Assembly (NCBI GenBank): GCA_964016885.1 | Contig: OZ024740.1 | Span: 434,434,001-434,498,000, forward strand | Direction of reading: 5' to 3' | DNA from: Eledone cirrhosa | Lineage: Eukaryota | Length of the DNA stretch: 64,000 nucleotides | Shown here: piece after piece, positions 12,141-26,914 of the stretch | Position numbering within the stretch: position 1 is the first letter of the stretch | Layout: each line of letters begins with the position of its first letter | Translations under genes and position numbers: made by a program | The notes under the pieces: model-generated | Told to the model about the DNA's origin: nothing | Database searches by the model: none | Seen by the model: the letters and a program-made list of their open reading frames with translations, nothing else

Positions 12141-12984
12141 GGAAAATGATTCCGTTAGTAGAAATATTTTTGAATGAACATATTTTCCTTATTCGTATTT
12201 GTTCTGTTGTATTGTCAGTGCAAACGTATGTTAAGGTTTATTTAGTTCGGGTTTTTATTTTCTAAAGTAGAAGGTGTTATGTGTGTGTGTGTGTGTGTAT
12301 GTGTCTGTTTGGATGGTTAGCATGTTATGGTGTTGACATAATGTATATTAAACCATATTTAATACTGGTCTATATTTTTGAATAAACATATTTTCCTTAT
12401 TTATTCGTATTTGTTCTGTTGTATTGTCAGCGCAAAGGTAAAATGGGAAGACTTGGAATTTGGGTGCCTTATTACTTGCGCACATGTCTAGATGTGCACT
12501 TAGTGGTATCTGTCTCGTGGTTGGATCTCGTAATTGTTGGCGATGAACTGTCATTCTGTTTCTGAGTGTGAGTTTAGTTTATCCTATATAATCTTCATTG
12601 CATCCTTTACATTTAATGGTATAAAATAGATTTTTTGATGAGCAAGTGAAGTGATTTTTTACAGCAAAATTTTGTCCTGATTGAAATGTATACGTGTTGC
12701 CTTCAATGAGGTGAGTTCCACAATTAGAGCGACCACATTTTTTTGACAGTTGGTTGTGGGTTTGTGGTAGGTAATTTGGCATTGGTGAGTAATGTTTTCA
12801 GTGATTTTGGTTGTCTTTTGCTTTTGATTATTTTGAGTGTTGCAAGGGCTTTTTTCATTCTTGGGTCTTGTTTCAGTAGTGGGATGTTCTTGTGAATAGT
12901 ATTGTAAGCTTCCGCATTTCTTGGGTTGTGTGTTGAGATATATGATAGAATATTGGACGTACCTTGAATTTGTTTCTGTTTTCG

Positions 12985-12985
<1 letters not shown>
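11432..12985 (-). pseudogene. Degenerate Penelope-like element: GIY-YIG remnant 12348-12790 and 3' region with ~120-bp tandem repeats
   Basis: CGRSNCG...HFTCSSKNLFYTIKCKGCNEDYIG, then HRQQLRDP..PLSAHL..ENMFIQKYRPVLN. The ORF end is partly duplicated at 12168-12228. Confidence 0.8.
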
Positions 12986-13028
<43 letters not shown>

Positions 13029-13031
<3 letters not shown>

Positions 13032-13215
13032 TGTAGTTGATGGTTGAGAGAAAAGAGTACTCAGTATCGAAGTAGAGTTTTGATATTCATTATATTGGGC
13101 TAAATAGTGAGTCTTGTTACTCTGGAGTTTCACCTGTTTATTACAGGGTTTGTCTGATGACCCTCTGATAGACAGGCGAAACTCCAGACTAACAAGACTC
13201 ACTATCTAACCATAA
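13029..13215. mobile_element. Fold-back element 2: imperfect IR 13104-13149/13160-13205 with a hammerhead-like core
   Basis: CTGATGA at 13154-13160, CCT/AGG stem, GAAA at 13178-13181; (TA)n flanks. Confidence 0.6.
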
Positions 13216-13442
13216 TAATATATATATTTATATAGATAAGGATGGAATCAGTTTGAAATGGTTGGACCATTACTCAACAACTTGGGGTAGTAGTGTATGG
13301 TTATAAGAGTCAGGTGAGATGTTTGGGAAATTTCTTTATTTTAAAGATATTCTATATTTATAAGCTACTCTAAATTAGATTCAAAGTGATTTTATTTTGA
13401 GATGTAAAGTGTATTACTGAGAGAGATATATATGTGTGTGTG

Positions 13443-14335
<893 letters not shown>

Positions 14336-14416
14336 ATAGCTATGTGTGGTTACACACTTGTAAAAATTATCTCCTGTTATTATTCATGTTTATACATATG
14401 TTAATCAATTTCTACT

Positions 14417-14455
<39 letters not shown>

Positions 14456-14460
<5 letters not shown>

Positions 14461-14660
14461 AAAACCACAGAGCCTCCATCTCAACTCTACTTTTGAAAAG
14501 CAGAAGAACTGCGAAACCGGTAAAGGAACCAAATAAATATATATATATTTTTTTAAATAAGACTCCAGTTGTATTTTCGATTTCATCTTTTTTTCTTTAT
14601 ACTTTCACTCGTGTAGGACACCCCAGGTTTTTTTACAAAATGAAAAATAACCCACTCTCT
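14456..14660 (+). mobile_element. Penelope-like terminal fragment with a decayed hammerhead, between (TA)n tracts
   Basis: 14456-14493 matches the reverse complement of 11437-11472; motif TTGAAAA-GCAG/CTGC-GAAA-CCGG-TA. Confidence 0.55.
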
Positions 14661-14703
14661 AATATATATATATATACACATACATATATATATACATATA
14701 TAT

Positions 14704-14816
14704 AAACTGTACTGTAGTAACACTGAACTTCTTAAACTTGTAACTCCCATAATTACTGGGGAATAGAAAGCAGTAATTATGGGAGTTACAAGTACAGTGT
14801 TACTACAGTACAGTTT
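14704..14816. repeat. Two-part inverted repeat (hairpin/MITE-like)
   Basis: AAACTGTACTGTAGTAACACTG and ACTTGTAACTCCCATAATTACTG each have a perfect reverse complement downstream. Confidence 0.85.
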
Positions 14817-14830
14817 GGGAGAAAGAGTCA

Positions 14831-14918
14831 GTGGTGGGTGACGGTGGGTGACGGTGGGTGACGGTGGGTGACGGTGGGTGACGGTGGGTGACGGTGGGTG
14901 ACGGTGGGTGACGGTGGG
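14831..14918. repeat. (GGTGGGTGAC)n 10-mer tandem repeat
   Basis: Seen directly, about 8 copies. Confidence 0.95.
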
Positions 14919-15439
14919 ACTAATGACAAGAATGACAGAAAGATAACATTTAGAAAGATTAATACTAAAAATAAAGAAATAAAAAGCAGGTGAAATAGAT
15001 GGAGGGGGGGGGGGTGACACAAGAACCTAATTATGGATAAGATGGGGGGGAGGCCTTATCAAAGTAGATTTTACAAGATTTCAAAATATAGGACAAAAAC
15101 AATGTCAGTATTCAAAAGAACTGTTGAGCCAACGACGAAGATTGTACTAAAAACTACTACAAATCAAACCCTATTGTCGTCTTTAAAGTAGGGGTGGGGG
15201 AAGTAACATATGATAAAGACGGGATAGCCATGACTGGAATGTCTTTGATTAGGATTGACCTGACACCAAACAACTACTAAGGTTTTCTGTTGAAAACAGG
15301 GCTGGATTAAGTTATTTTGAGGAAACAGGATTATGGTGTTTGTGTGCCACTTCATATATAAACAGGGGTTTTCTAATGTCTTAATGACATACTTTGGTGC
15401 CCTATGTTATTTTGGTTAATGTTTAAATCCCGATCCTTC

Positions 15440-15665
15440 CTTGATGAAGTCACAGCAGTGTAAGATGAAGTTAAGATGGAGTTATATATCCTAATGGGAG
15501 ACTTCAATGCACATGTTAGCACTGACCACCTGAAGGAGTGATTGGAAGGAAGGGTGAGCCCGATCTAAATACAAATAGAAAGACCTTATTAGACTTCTGT
15601 TCTAGTAATGGGCTCGCTATTATGAACATCTTCCAGCACAAAGACATTGATGAATATACATGGAA
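15440..15665 (+). pseudogene. Decayed RTE APE-endonuclease fragment
   Basis: ILMGDFNAHV...GVIGRKGEPDLN..LLDFCSSNGLAIMNIFQHKDIDEYTW, with a frame disruption. Confidence 0.75.
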
Positions 15666-16619
15666 GAAGAAGGTTAAATTCAGCCCTGTTTAACTTTCTT
15701 CTACATGGAAGTTCAATTGACAATGAAATCAAAATCTTTCTTCTAAAAAATTCTTCCCCGACATAAAAATAAATTCTCACTCAATTATTATTACTATTTC
15801 TGTCCATAACTCTCCACTCCTTCTGTGGCAGCGAGTCCTGTCCTAGGGTGATGTCATGTAGCAACAGGGTTTCTTTAATGCCGCCATCAATCCACTTCTT
15901 CCTAAGTCACCTTTATACACACAATTGCTAGTGGCTTAGCATTCTCAAAACATATGTCAACCATCATATTCTTTATGTTGTATGGTGGTCGCCACCCACA
16001 CCATCTCCTATCACATCTGCCTGGTACCACATATCGCAGGTCGTCACTGTTCTAGAGTCAGGGACTAGCTTTTTGTATACGTGTCACTGTTGGTATTTTT
16101 GTTAAACAAATTGTTAGAATTGCTTCAGTACATTTTTTATTTAAGTGGAACAAATGTTTATTTAACAGTAGATATTTATATTCAGTTAAATACCAACTAA
16201 AATGTTATGTACTGGTCTATTTTCTAAAAACATCAAGTCAACAAGGAAGGTTTGTGGTCACTTGGCATACTAGAAGTTACTGGCTTTTATTACACCGTCT
16301 TAAACATGGGAAAACCTATTAGATAATATAGCCTGTTTATACATATATATATGTATAAAGATGTCCCACCCTTGCAAGCAGGGAAAAGCGGATGTAAAAT
16401 GATGATGATATATATATATATACTCAGTTTGGCAGAAGTTCTGATGATTAACAATAATATATTTAATCAATTTCTCTTTGAAAGATTTTTCAGTATTTGC
16501 TAGCAGCTGTTTTCACCTGACCTCATTTATTTACATAGCTATGTAGGGGAGGGGTGAGGTCAAACTGGCCAACATTTCTGTGGTGGGAACTCCTAGACCA
16601 TCCCAAGCGGTACAACCTC

Positions 16620-19600
16620 TCACCCGTCTCTCATTACTAACTCCTAGCCCCACCACTCACCCCGTCTCTCATTACTAACTCCTAGCCCCACCACTCACCC
16701 CGTCTCATTACTAACTACTTGCCCACCACTCACCCCGTCTCATTACTAACTCTTAGCCCCACCACTCACCCCGTCTCATTACTAACTCCTAGCCCCACCA
16801 CTCACCCCGTCTCATTACTAAATACTTGCCCCACCACTCACCCCGTCTCTCATTACTAACTACTAGCCCCACCACTCACCCCGTCTCTCATTACTAACTC
16901 CTAGCCCCACCACTCACCCCGTCTCATTACTAACTACTAGCCCCACCACTCACCCCGTCTCTCATTACTAACTCCTAGCCCCACCACTCACCCCGTCTCA
17001 TTACTAAATACTTGCCCCACCACTCACCCCGTCTCTCATTACTAACTACTTGCCCCACCACTCACCCCGTCTCTCATTACTAACTACTAGCCCCACCACT
17101 CACCCCGTCTCTCATTACTAACTCCTAGCCCCACCACTCACCCCGTCTCATTACTAACTACTAGCCCCACCACTCACCCCGTCTCTCATTACTAACTCCT
17201 AGCCCCACCACTCACCCCGTCTCATTACTAAATACTTGCCCCACCACTCACCCCGTCTCTCATTACTAACTCCTAGCCCTACCACTCACCCCGTCTCATT
17301 ACTAACTACTTGCCCACCACTCACCCCGTCTCATTACTAACTACTAGCCCCACCACTCACCCCGTCTCTCATTACTAACTACTTGCCCACCACTCACCCC
17401 GTCTCATTACTAACTACTAGCCCCACCACTCACCCCGTCTCATTACTAACTCCTAGCCCCACCACTCACCCCGTCTCATTACTAAATACTTGCCCCACCA
17501 CTCACCCCGTCTCTCATTACTAACTCCTAGCCCCACCACTCACCCCGTCTCATTACTAACTCCTAGCCCCACCACTCACCCCGTCTCATTACTAACTACT
17601 AGCCCCACCACTCACCCCGTCTCTCATTACTAACTCTTAGCCCCACCACTCACCCCGTCTCTCATTACTAACTCCTAGCCCCACCACTCACCCCGTCTCA
17701 TTACTAACTCCTAGCCCCACCACTCACCCCGTCTCATTACTAACTCCTAGCCCCACCACTCACCCCGTCTCTCATTACTAACTCCTAGCCCCACCACTCA
17801 CCCCGTCTCATTACTAAATACTTGCCCCACCACTCACCCCGTCTCTCATTACTAACTCTTAGCCCCACCACTCACCCCGTCTCTCATTACTAACTCTTAG
17901 CCCCACCACTCACCCCGTCTCATTACTAACTCTTAGCCCTACCACTCACCCCGTCTCTCATTACTAACTACTAGCCCCACCACTCACCCTGTCTCATTAC
18001 TAACTACTAGCCCCACCACTCACCCCGTCTCATTACTAACTACTAGCCCCACCACTCACCCCGTCTCTCATTACTAACTCCTAGCCCCACCACTCACCCC
18101 GTCTCTCATTACTAACTCTTAGCCCCACCACTCACCCCGTCTCTCATTACTAACTCTTAGCCCCACCACTCACCCCGTCTCTCATTACTAACTCTTAGCC
18201 CCACCACTCACCCCGTCTCATTACTAACTCTTAGCCCTACCACTCACCCCGTCTCTCATTACTAACTACTAGCCCCACCACTCACCCTGTCTCATTACTA
18301 ACTACTAGCCCCACCACTCACCCCGTCTCATTACTAACTACTAGCCCCACCACTCACCCCGTCTCTCATTACTAACTCCTAGCCCCACCACTCACCCCGT
18401 CTCTCATTACTAACTCTTAGCCCCACCACTCACCCCGTCTCATTACTAAATACTAGCCCCACCACTCACCCCGTCTCATTACTAAATACTAGCCCCACCA
18501 CTCACCCCGTCTCATTACTAAATACTAGCCCCACCACTCACCCCGTCTCATTACTAACTACTAGCCCCACCACTCACCCCGTCTCTCATTACTAACTCTT
18601 AGCCCCACCACTCACCCCGTCTCATTACTAACTCTTAGCCCTACCACTCACCCCGTCTCTCATTACTAACTCTTAGCCCCACCACTCACCCCGTCTCATT
18701 ACTAACTACTAGCCCCACCACTCACCCCGTCTCATTACTAACTCCTAGCCCTGCAACTCACCCCGTCTCTCATTACTAACTCTTAGCCCCACCACTCACC
18801 CCGTCTCTCATTACTAACTCCTAGCCCCACCACTCACCCCGTCTCTCATTACTAACTCTTAGCCCCACCACTCACCCCGTCTCTCATTACTAACTCTTAG
18901 CCCCACCACTCACCCCGTCTCTCATTACTAACTCCTAGCCCCACCACTCACCCCGTCTCTCATTACTAACTCTTAGCCCCACCACTCACCCCGTCTCATT
19001 ACTAACTCTTAGCCCTACCACTCACCCCGTCTCTCATTACTAACTCCTAGCCCCACCACTCACCCCGTCTCATTACTAACTACTAGCCCCACCACTCACC
19101 CCGTCTCATTACTAACTACTAGCCCCACCACTCACCCCGTCTCTCATTACTAACTACTAGCCCTACCACTCACCCCGTCTCTCATTACTAACTCCTAGCC
19201 CCACCACTCACCCCGTCTCATTACTAACTACTAGCCCCACCACTCACCCCGTCTCATTACTAACTACTAGCCCCACCACTCACCCCGTCTCTCATTACTA
19301 ACTCCTAGCCCCACCACTCACCCCGTCTCATTACTAACTACTAGCCCCACCACTCACCCCGTCTCATTACTAACTCCTAGCCCCACCACTCACCCCGTCT
19401 CATTACTAACTACTAGCCCCACCACTCACCCCGTCTCATTACTAACTACTAGCCCCACCACTCACCCCGTCTCATTACTAACTCCTAGCCCCACCACTCA
19501 CCCCGTCTCATTACTAACTACTAGCCCCACCACTCACCCCGTCTCATTACTAACTCCTAGCCCCACCACTCACCCCGTCTCATTACTAAATACTAGCCCC

Positions 19601-22600
19601 ACCACTCACCCCGTCTCATTACTAACTCCTAGCCCCACCACTCACCCCGTCTCATTACTAAATACTAGCCCCACGACTCACCCCGTCTCATTACTAACTA
19701 CTAGCCCCACCACTCACCCCGTCTCATTACTAACTACTAGCCCCACCACTCACCCCGTCTCATTACTAACTACTAGCCCCACCACTCACCCCGTCTCATT
19801 ACTAACTCCTAGCCCCACCACTCACCCCGTCTCATTACTAAATACTTGCCCCACCACTCACCCCGTCTCATTACTAACTCCTAGCCCCACCACTCACCCC
19901 GTCTCTCATTACTAACTCTTAGCCCCACCACTCACCCCGTCTCATTACTAACTACTAGCCCCACCACTCACCGCGTCTCATTACTAAATACTTGCCCCAC
20001 CACTCACCCCGTCTCATTACTAACTCCTAGCCCCACCACTCACCCCGTCTCTCATTACTAACTCTTAGCCCTACCACTCACCCCGTCTCATTACTAACTC
20101 CTAGCCCCACCACTCACCCCGTCTCTCATTACTAACTCTTAGCCCCACCACTCACCCCGTCTCATTACTAACTCCTAGCCCCACCACTCACCCCGTCTCT
20201 CATTACTAACTCTTAGCCCCACCACTCACCCCGTCTCATTACTAACTCCTAGCCCCACCACTCACCCCGTCTCTCATTACTAACTCTTAGCCCTACCACT
20301 CACCCCGTCTCATTACTAACTACTAGCCCCACCACTCACCCCGTCTCTCATTACTAACTCTTAGCCCCACCACTCACCCCGTCTCATTACTAACTCCTAG
20401 CCCCACCACTCACCCCGTCTCTCATTACTAACTCTTAGCCCTACCACTCACCCCGTCTCATTACTAACTCCTAGCCCCACCACTCACCCCGTCTCATTAC
20501 TAACTACTTGCCCACCACTCACCCCGTCTCTCATTACTAACTACTAGCCCCACCACTCACCCCGTCTCTCATTACTAACTGTTAGCCCCACCACTCACCC
20601 CGTCTCATTACTAACTACTTGCCCACCACTCACCCCGTCTCTCATTACTAACTCCTAGCCCCACCACTCACCCCGTCTCTCATTACTAACTACTAGCCCC
20701 ACCACTCACCCCGTCTCTCATTACTAACTCTTAGCCCCACCACTCACCCCGTCTCTCATTACTAACTCCTAGCCCCACCACTCACCCCGTCTCTCATTAC
20801 TAACTCCTAGCCCCACCACTCACCCCGTCTCTCATTACTAACTCCTAGCCCCACCACTCACCCCGTCTCTCATTACTAACTCCTAGCCCCACCACTCACC
20901 CCGTCTCTCATTACTAACTCTTAGCCCCACCACTCACCCCGTCTCTCATTACTAACTCTTAGCCCTACCACTCACCCCGTCTCATTACTAACTCTTAGCC
21001 CTACCACTCACCCCGTCTCATTACTAACTCTTAGCCCTACCACTCACCCCGTCTCATTACTAACTCTTAGCCCTACCACTCACCCCGTCTCATTACTAAC
21101 TCTTAGCCCCACCACTCACCCCGTCTCATTACTAACTCCTAGCCCCACCACTCACCCCGTCTCTCATTACTAACTCCTAGCCCCACCACTCACCCCGTCT
21201 CTCATTACTAACTCCTAGCCCCACCACTCACCCCGTCTCATTACTAACTCTTAGCCCCACCACTCACCCCGTCTCATTACTAACTCCTAGCCCCACCACT
21301 CACCCCGTCTCTCATTACTAACTCTTAGCCCCACCACTCACCCCGTCTCATTACTAACTCTTAGCCCCACCACTCACCCCGTCTCATTACTAACTCTTAG
21401 CCCTACCACTCACCCCGTCTCATTACTAACTCCTAGCCCCACCACTCACCCCGTCTCTCATTACTAACTCTTAGCCCTACCACTCACCCCGTCTCATTAC
21501 TAACTCTTAGCCCTACCACTCACCCCGTCTCATTACTAACTCTTAGCCCCACCACTCACCCCGTCTCTCATTACTAACTACTTGCCCACCACTCACCCCG
21601 TCTCATTACTAACTCCTAGCCCTACCACTCACCCCGTCTCTCATTACTAACTACTAGCCCCACCACTCACCCCGTCTCTCATTACTAACTACTTGCCCAC
21701 CACTCACCCCGTCTCATTACTAACTCCTAGCCCCACCACTCACCCCGTCTCTCATTACTAACTCTTAGCCCTACCACTCACCCCGTCTCATTACTAACTC
21801 CTAGCCCCACCACTCACCCCGTCTCATTACTAACTCTTAGCCCCACCACTCACCCCGTCTCTCATTACTAACTCTTAGCCCTACCACTCACCCCGTCTCA
21901 TTACTAACTCTTAGCCCTACCACTCACCCCGTCTCATTACTAACTCTTAGCCCCACCACTCACCCCGTCTCTCATTACTAACTACTTGCCCACCACTCAC
22001 CCCGTCTCATTACTAACTCCTAGCCCCACCACTCACCCCGTCTCTCATTACTAACTCTTAGCCCTACCACTCACCCCGTCTCATTACTAACTCCTAGCCC
22101 CACCACTCACCCCGTCTCTCATTACTAACTCTTAGCCCCACCACTCACCCCGTCTCTCATTACTAACTCTTAGCCCCACCACTCACCCCGTCTCATTACT
22201 AACCCTAACCCTAACCCTAACCCTAACCCTAGCCCTACCACTCACCCCGTCTCTCATTACTAACTCTTAGCCCCACCACTCACCCCGTCTCTCATTACTA
22301 ACTACTTGCCCACCACTCACCCCGTCTCTCATTACTAACTCCTAGCCCCACCACTCACCCCGTCTCATTACTAACTCTTAGCCCTACCACTCACCCCGTC
22401 TCTCATTACTAACTACTTGCCCACCACTCACCCCGTCTCTCATTACTAACTCTTAGCCCCACCACTCACCCCGTCTCATTACTAACTCTTAGCCCCACCA
22501 CTCACCCCGTCTCTCATTACTAACTCCTAGCCCCACCACTCACCCCGTCTCTCATTACTAACTCCTAGCCCCACCACTCACCCCGTCTCATTACTAACTC

Positions 22601-24650
22601 TTAGCCCCACCACTCACCCCGTCTCTCATTACTAACTCCTAGCCCCACCACTCACCCCGTCTCATTACTAACTCTTAGCCCCACCACTCACCCCGTCTCA
22701 TTACTAACTCTTAGCCCCACCACTCACCCCGTCTCTCATTACTAACTCTTAGCCCTACCACTCACCCCGTCTCATTACTAACTCCTAGCCCCACCACTCA
22801 CCCCGTCTCATTACTAACTCTTAGCCCTACCACTCACCCCGTCTCTCATTACTAACTCTTAGCCCCACCACTCACCCCGTCTCATTACTAACTCTTAGCC
22901 CTACCACTCACCCCGTCTCTCATTACTAACTCCTAGCCCCACCACTCACCCCGTCTCTCATTACTAACTCTTAGCCCTACCACTCACCCCGTCTCATTAC
23001 TAACTCTTAGCCCTACCACTCACCACGTCTCTCATTACTAACTCCTAGCCCCACCACTCACCCCGTCTCTCATTACTAACTACTTGCCCACCACTCACCC
23101 CGTCTCTCATTACTAACTACTTGCCCACCACTCACCCCGTCTCATTACTAACTACTTGCCCCACCACTCACCCCGTCTCTCATTACTAACTCCTATCCCC
23201 ACCACACACCCCGTCTCATTACTAACTCCTAGCCCCACCACTCACCCCGTCTCATTACTAACTACTTGCCCACCACTCACCCCGTCTCATTACTAACTAC
23301 TTGCCCCACCACTCACCCCGTCTCTCATTACTAACTACTTGCCCACCACTCACCCCGTCTCATTACTAACTACTTGCCCCACCACTCACCCCGTCTCTCA
23401 TTAACTACTTGCCCACCACTCACCCCGTCTCATTACTAACTACTTGCCCACCACTCACCCCGTCTCTCATTACTAACTACTTGCCCACCACTCACCCTGT
23501 CTCTCATTACTAACTACTTGCCCACCACTCACCCCGTCTCTCATTACTAACTACTTGCCCACCACTCACCCCGTCTCATTACTAACTACTTGCCCACCAC
23601 TCACCCCGTCTCTCATTACTAACTACTTGCCCACCACTCACCCCGTCTCATTACTAACTACTTGCCCACCACTCACCCCGTCTCTCATTACTAACTCCTA
23701 GCCCCACCACTCACCCCGTCTCATTACTAACTCCTAGCCCCACCACTCACCCCGTCTCTCATTACTAACTACTTGCCCACCACTCACCCCGTCTCATTAC
23801 TAACTACTTGCCCACCATTCACCCCGTCTCTCATTACTAACTACTTGCCCACCACTCACCCCGTCTCATTACTAACTACTTGCCCACCACTCACCCCGTC
23901 TCTCATTACTAACTACTTGCCCACCACTCACCCCGTCTCATTACTAACTACTTGCCCACCACTCACCCCGTCTCTCATTACTAACTCCTAGCCCCACCAC
24001 TCACCCCGTCTCATTACTAACTCCTAGCCCCACCACTCACCCCGTCTCTCATTACTAACTCCTAGCCCCACCACTCACCCCGTCTCATTACTAACTCCTA
24101 GCCCCACCACTCACCCCGTCTCTCATTACTAACTACTTGCCCACCACTCACCCCGTCTCATTACTAACTACTTGCCTACCACTCACCCCGTCTCTCATTA
24201 CTAACTACTTGCCCACCACTCACTCCGTCTCATTACTAACTACTTGCCCACCACTCACCCCGTCTCATTACTAACTCCTAGCCCCACCACTCACCCCGTC
24301 TCTCATTACTAACTACTTGCCCCACCACTCACCCCGTCTCTCATTACTAACTACTTGCCCCACCACTCACCCCGTCTCTCATTACTAACTACTTGCCCAC
24401 CACTCACCCCGTCTCATTACTAACTCCTAGCCCCACCACTCACCCCGTCTCATTACTAACTACTTGCCCACCATTCACCCCGTCTCTCATTACTAACTAC
24501 TTGCCCACCACTCACCCCGTCTCATTACTAACTCCTAGCCCCACCACTCACCCCGTCTCTCATTACTAACTACTTGCCCACCACTCACCCCGTCTCATTA
24601 CTAACTCCTAGACCGTCCCAAGAGGTACAACTACTTGCCCACCACTCACC
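16620..24650. repeat. ~8-kb minisatellite, 35-38-bp unit CCCCACCACTCACCCCGTCTC(TC)ATTACTAACTCCTAG, roughly 200+ copies
   Basis: Seen directly; variants TCCTAG/TCTTAG/TACTAG/TACTTG. Confidence 0.98.
22200..22229 (-). repeat. Interstitial telomeric repeat (TTAGGG)5
   Basis: (TAACCC)5 replaces part of one minisatellite unit. Confidence 0.9.
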
Positions 24651-24697
24651 ATTTCAGTCCAGACAATGTAACAATATGACACCCAAGATGAATGTAA

Positions 24698-24885
24698 ATA
24701 ATTGTTTCTAAATTTAGGCACAAGGCCAACAATTTGAAGAGGTGGTGGGGGTCAACTAAATTGACCTCATAAGGTTGAAAGGCAAAGCTAACCTCAGCGG
24801 AATTTGAATTCAGAACGTAAAGGGACGTAACTAAATACTGCAAAGCATTTTGTCAGACACTCTACCAATTCTGCCAATCCACCGC
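24698..24885 (-). mobile_element. SINE family 2, diverged
   Basis: GAAAGGCAAAGCTAACCTCAGCGGAATTTGAATTCAG and the matching tail. Confidence 0.8.
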
Positions 24886-25504
24886 CCTCTCAATGTAAAT
24901 AAGAGAAAAACAAGTAAAGTTAGTCTCACCAAGGTATTTAGTAAGTACACTTTCAAAATAGTTCTTTTCACTGAGAACAGTATTTTTCTTCTTTTTGTTT
25001 CAACCTAGTTTACTAAATAACTATCACCATATTATGTAAGATGTATTCAATACATGTGTGGAAGTGACGAGTATTCTCCTCCGCCTCTGGGTCCCAGTGA
25101 CAGGATGGAGAAGACATTACCCCAGAGGATGGTGAGGGAGAAGTGCTGAAACAGCTACTCCACCTGACGGGGCTCACACCTGTCACCGGCCAACTCCACT
25201 CTGATATTTGTATTAAGGAAGAGAAAGTTTACACCAAAGAAACTTTAATTCAGAAGAGAGTTGACACCAAACTAGACTACGTAAAACACCCCAGCTAGCT
25301 CCGCTACCGTCCCTGCTAGTTCCCCTACCGTCCCAGTTACAACACCCCACCTACCTCCCCTACCGTACCAGTTACAACACCCCACCTACCTCCCCTACCG
25401 TACCAGTTACAACACCCTAGTTATCTCCCCTACCGTCCCAGTTATCTCCACTGACATCTAAACTTTTGAAAAATAATTTCTTTGACAGCTTCATATTTAT
25501 AAGG

Positions 25505-26406
25505 ACAAGGAGGGAGGGCTCTGTAGAAACAGCTTCTGCTACCTAGGTGACCGAATTAGCAGCGGAGGTGGGTGTTCAGAAAGTACAATAACTAGGGTAA
25601 GAACGGGATGGAAAAAGTTTAGGGAACTACTACCACTGCTAGCTGCAAAAGGCTTCTCCCTCAGAATGAAAGGCAGACTGTATGATGCGTGTATCCGAAC
25701 AGCAATGTTGCATGGTAGTGAGACCTGAGCGCTGAAGGTGGAAGACTTACGTAGATTAGACAGAAACGAAGCCTGCATGCTCCGATGGATGTGTAACAGT
25801 AATATACGCGAACAACAAAGCATAAATGAATTGAGAGAGAGGCTGAGCATAAGAGGAATCAAATGCTGTGTGCAGGAGAGGCGGTTGCGCTGGTATGGAC
25901 ATGTGATGCGTATGAAGGATGACAGCTGCATAAAAAGGTGCAGAGCACTAGAAGTCGATGGAACCCGCGGAGTGGAGAGACCCAAGATGACCTGGGATGA
26001 AGTGATAAAAGCCGACCTTACCCAATTACACCTCTCAAAGGCGATGACACATGACCGTGACCTCTGGCGTCACGCAGTAATACAGAGTACCCGACCTCCC
26101 ATGGGTACAAGCTGAAGCATATAGACAATATGCCCCCACACCCCCCACTGCAAGGTGGTCGTGGAGGTGCCACGGCAAAGAAGCACCCAGCCCACACTGT
26201 AAAGTGGACGTGTAGGCGCCACGAAAAAGCACCCAGCACTCACTGTAAATGAGGTTGGTGTTAGGAAGGGCATCCAGCTGTAGAAATCAAGCCAAATCAG
26301 TTCCTGTATGAGCAAGGCATGGTCAGCCGACCAGACACTGCCCACAACAGGACAACCCGTCTAACCCATGCTAGCGTGGAAGAACGGACGTAAAACGGTG
26401 ATGATG
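25505..26406 (+). mobile_element. RTE-B-related 3' fragment with a variant SINE-like 3' UTR
   Basis: YLGDRISSGGGCSES..RTGWKKFRELLPLL..LRWYGHVMRMKDDSC, with an internal stop; UTR 26115-26406 ends in GATGATG. Confidence 0.88.
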
Positions 26407-26914
26407 AAGGAGTTGCTGTTCTTTAACACCAGTCACCCTCTCATCAAACATTCCAGTCCTGACTATCTCCTTTATCGGGAACTACACTAATATGTTACAT
26501 TTTAAGATGACAGGGTGTTATATGGTTGCTAATTCTATCAGGCCCAGCGATTACGTAGAAGCTCTGAAGTAGAGTAGCTGTTCCAGCACGTCTCCCTCAC
26601 CGTTCTTTGAGGCTATGTATTCTCCATCCATTCGACTAGGACCCAGAGATGGAGGGTAAGTTAGTTGGTGGTGGTGGATACTTGTTCGGAAGTCACTTCA
26701 ACAACTCAAATATATATCTATATCTTTAGTCTGGAAATTCACAAAAAATTATCTAAGGCAGAGATGGGGAAGCTGCGGCCTTTTGAAAGCGATCTCAAAT
26801 TAAAGCTAATAAGAGACAGAGATAGTTGAATCAAAAGAAGGGAGCAGGAGATAAACTAAAGAGTTGGCAGTTTGTATCATGTCACTGTTGCTTGCATTAT
26901 ATTTACAGTTGATG

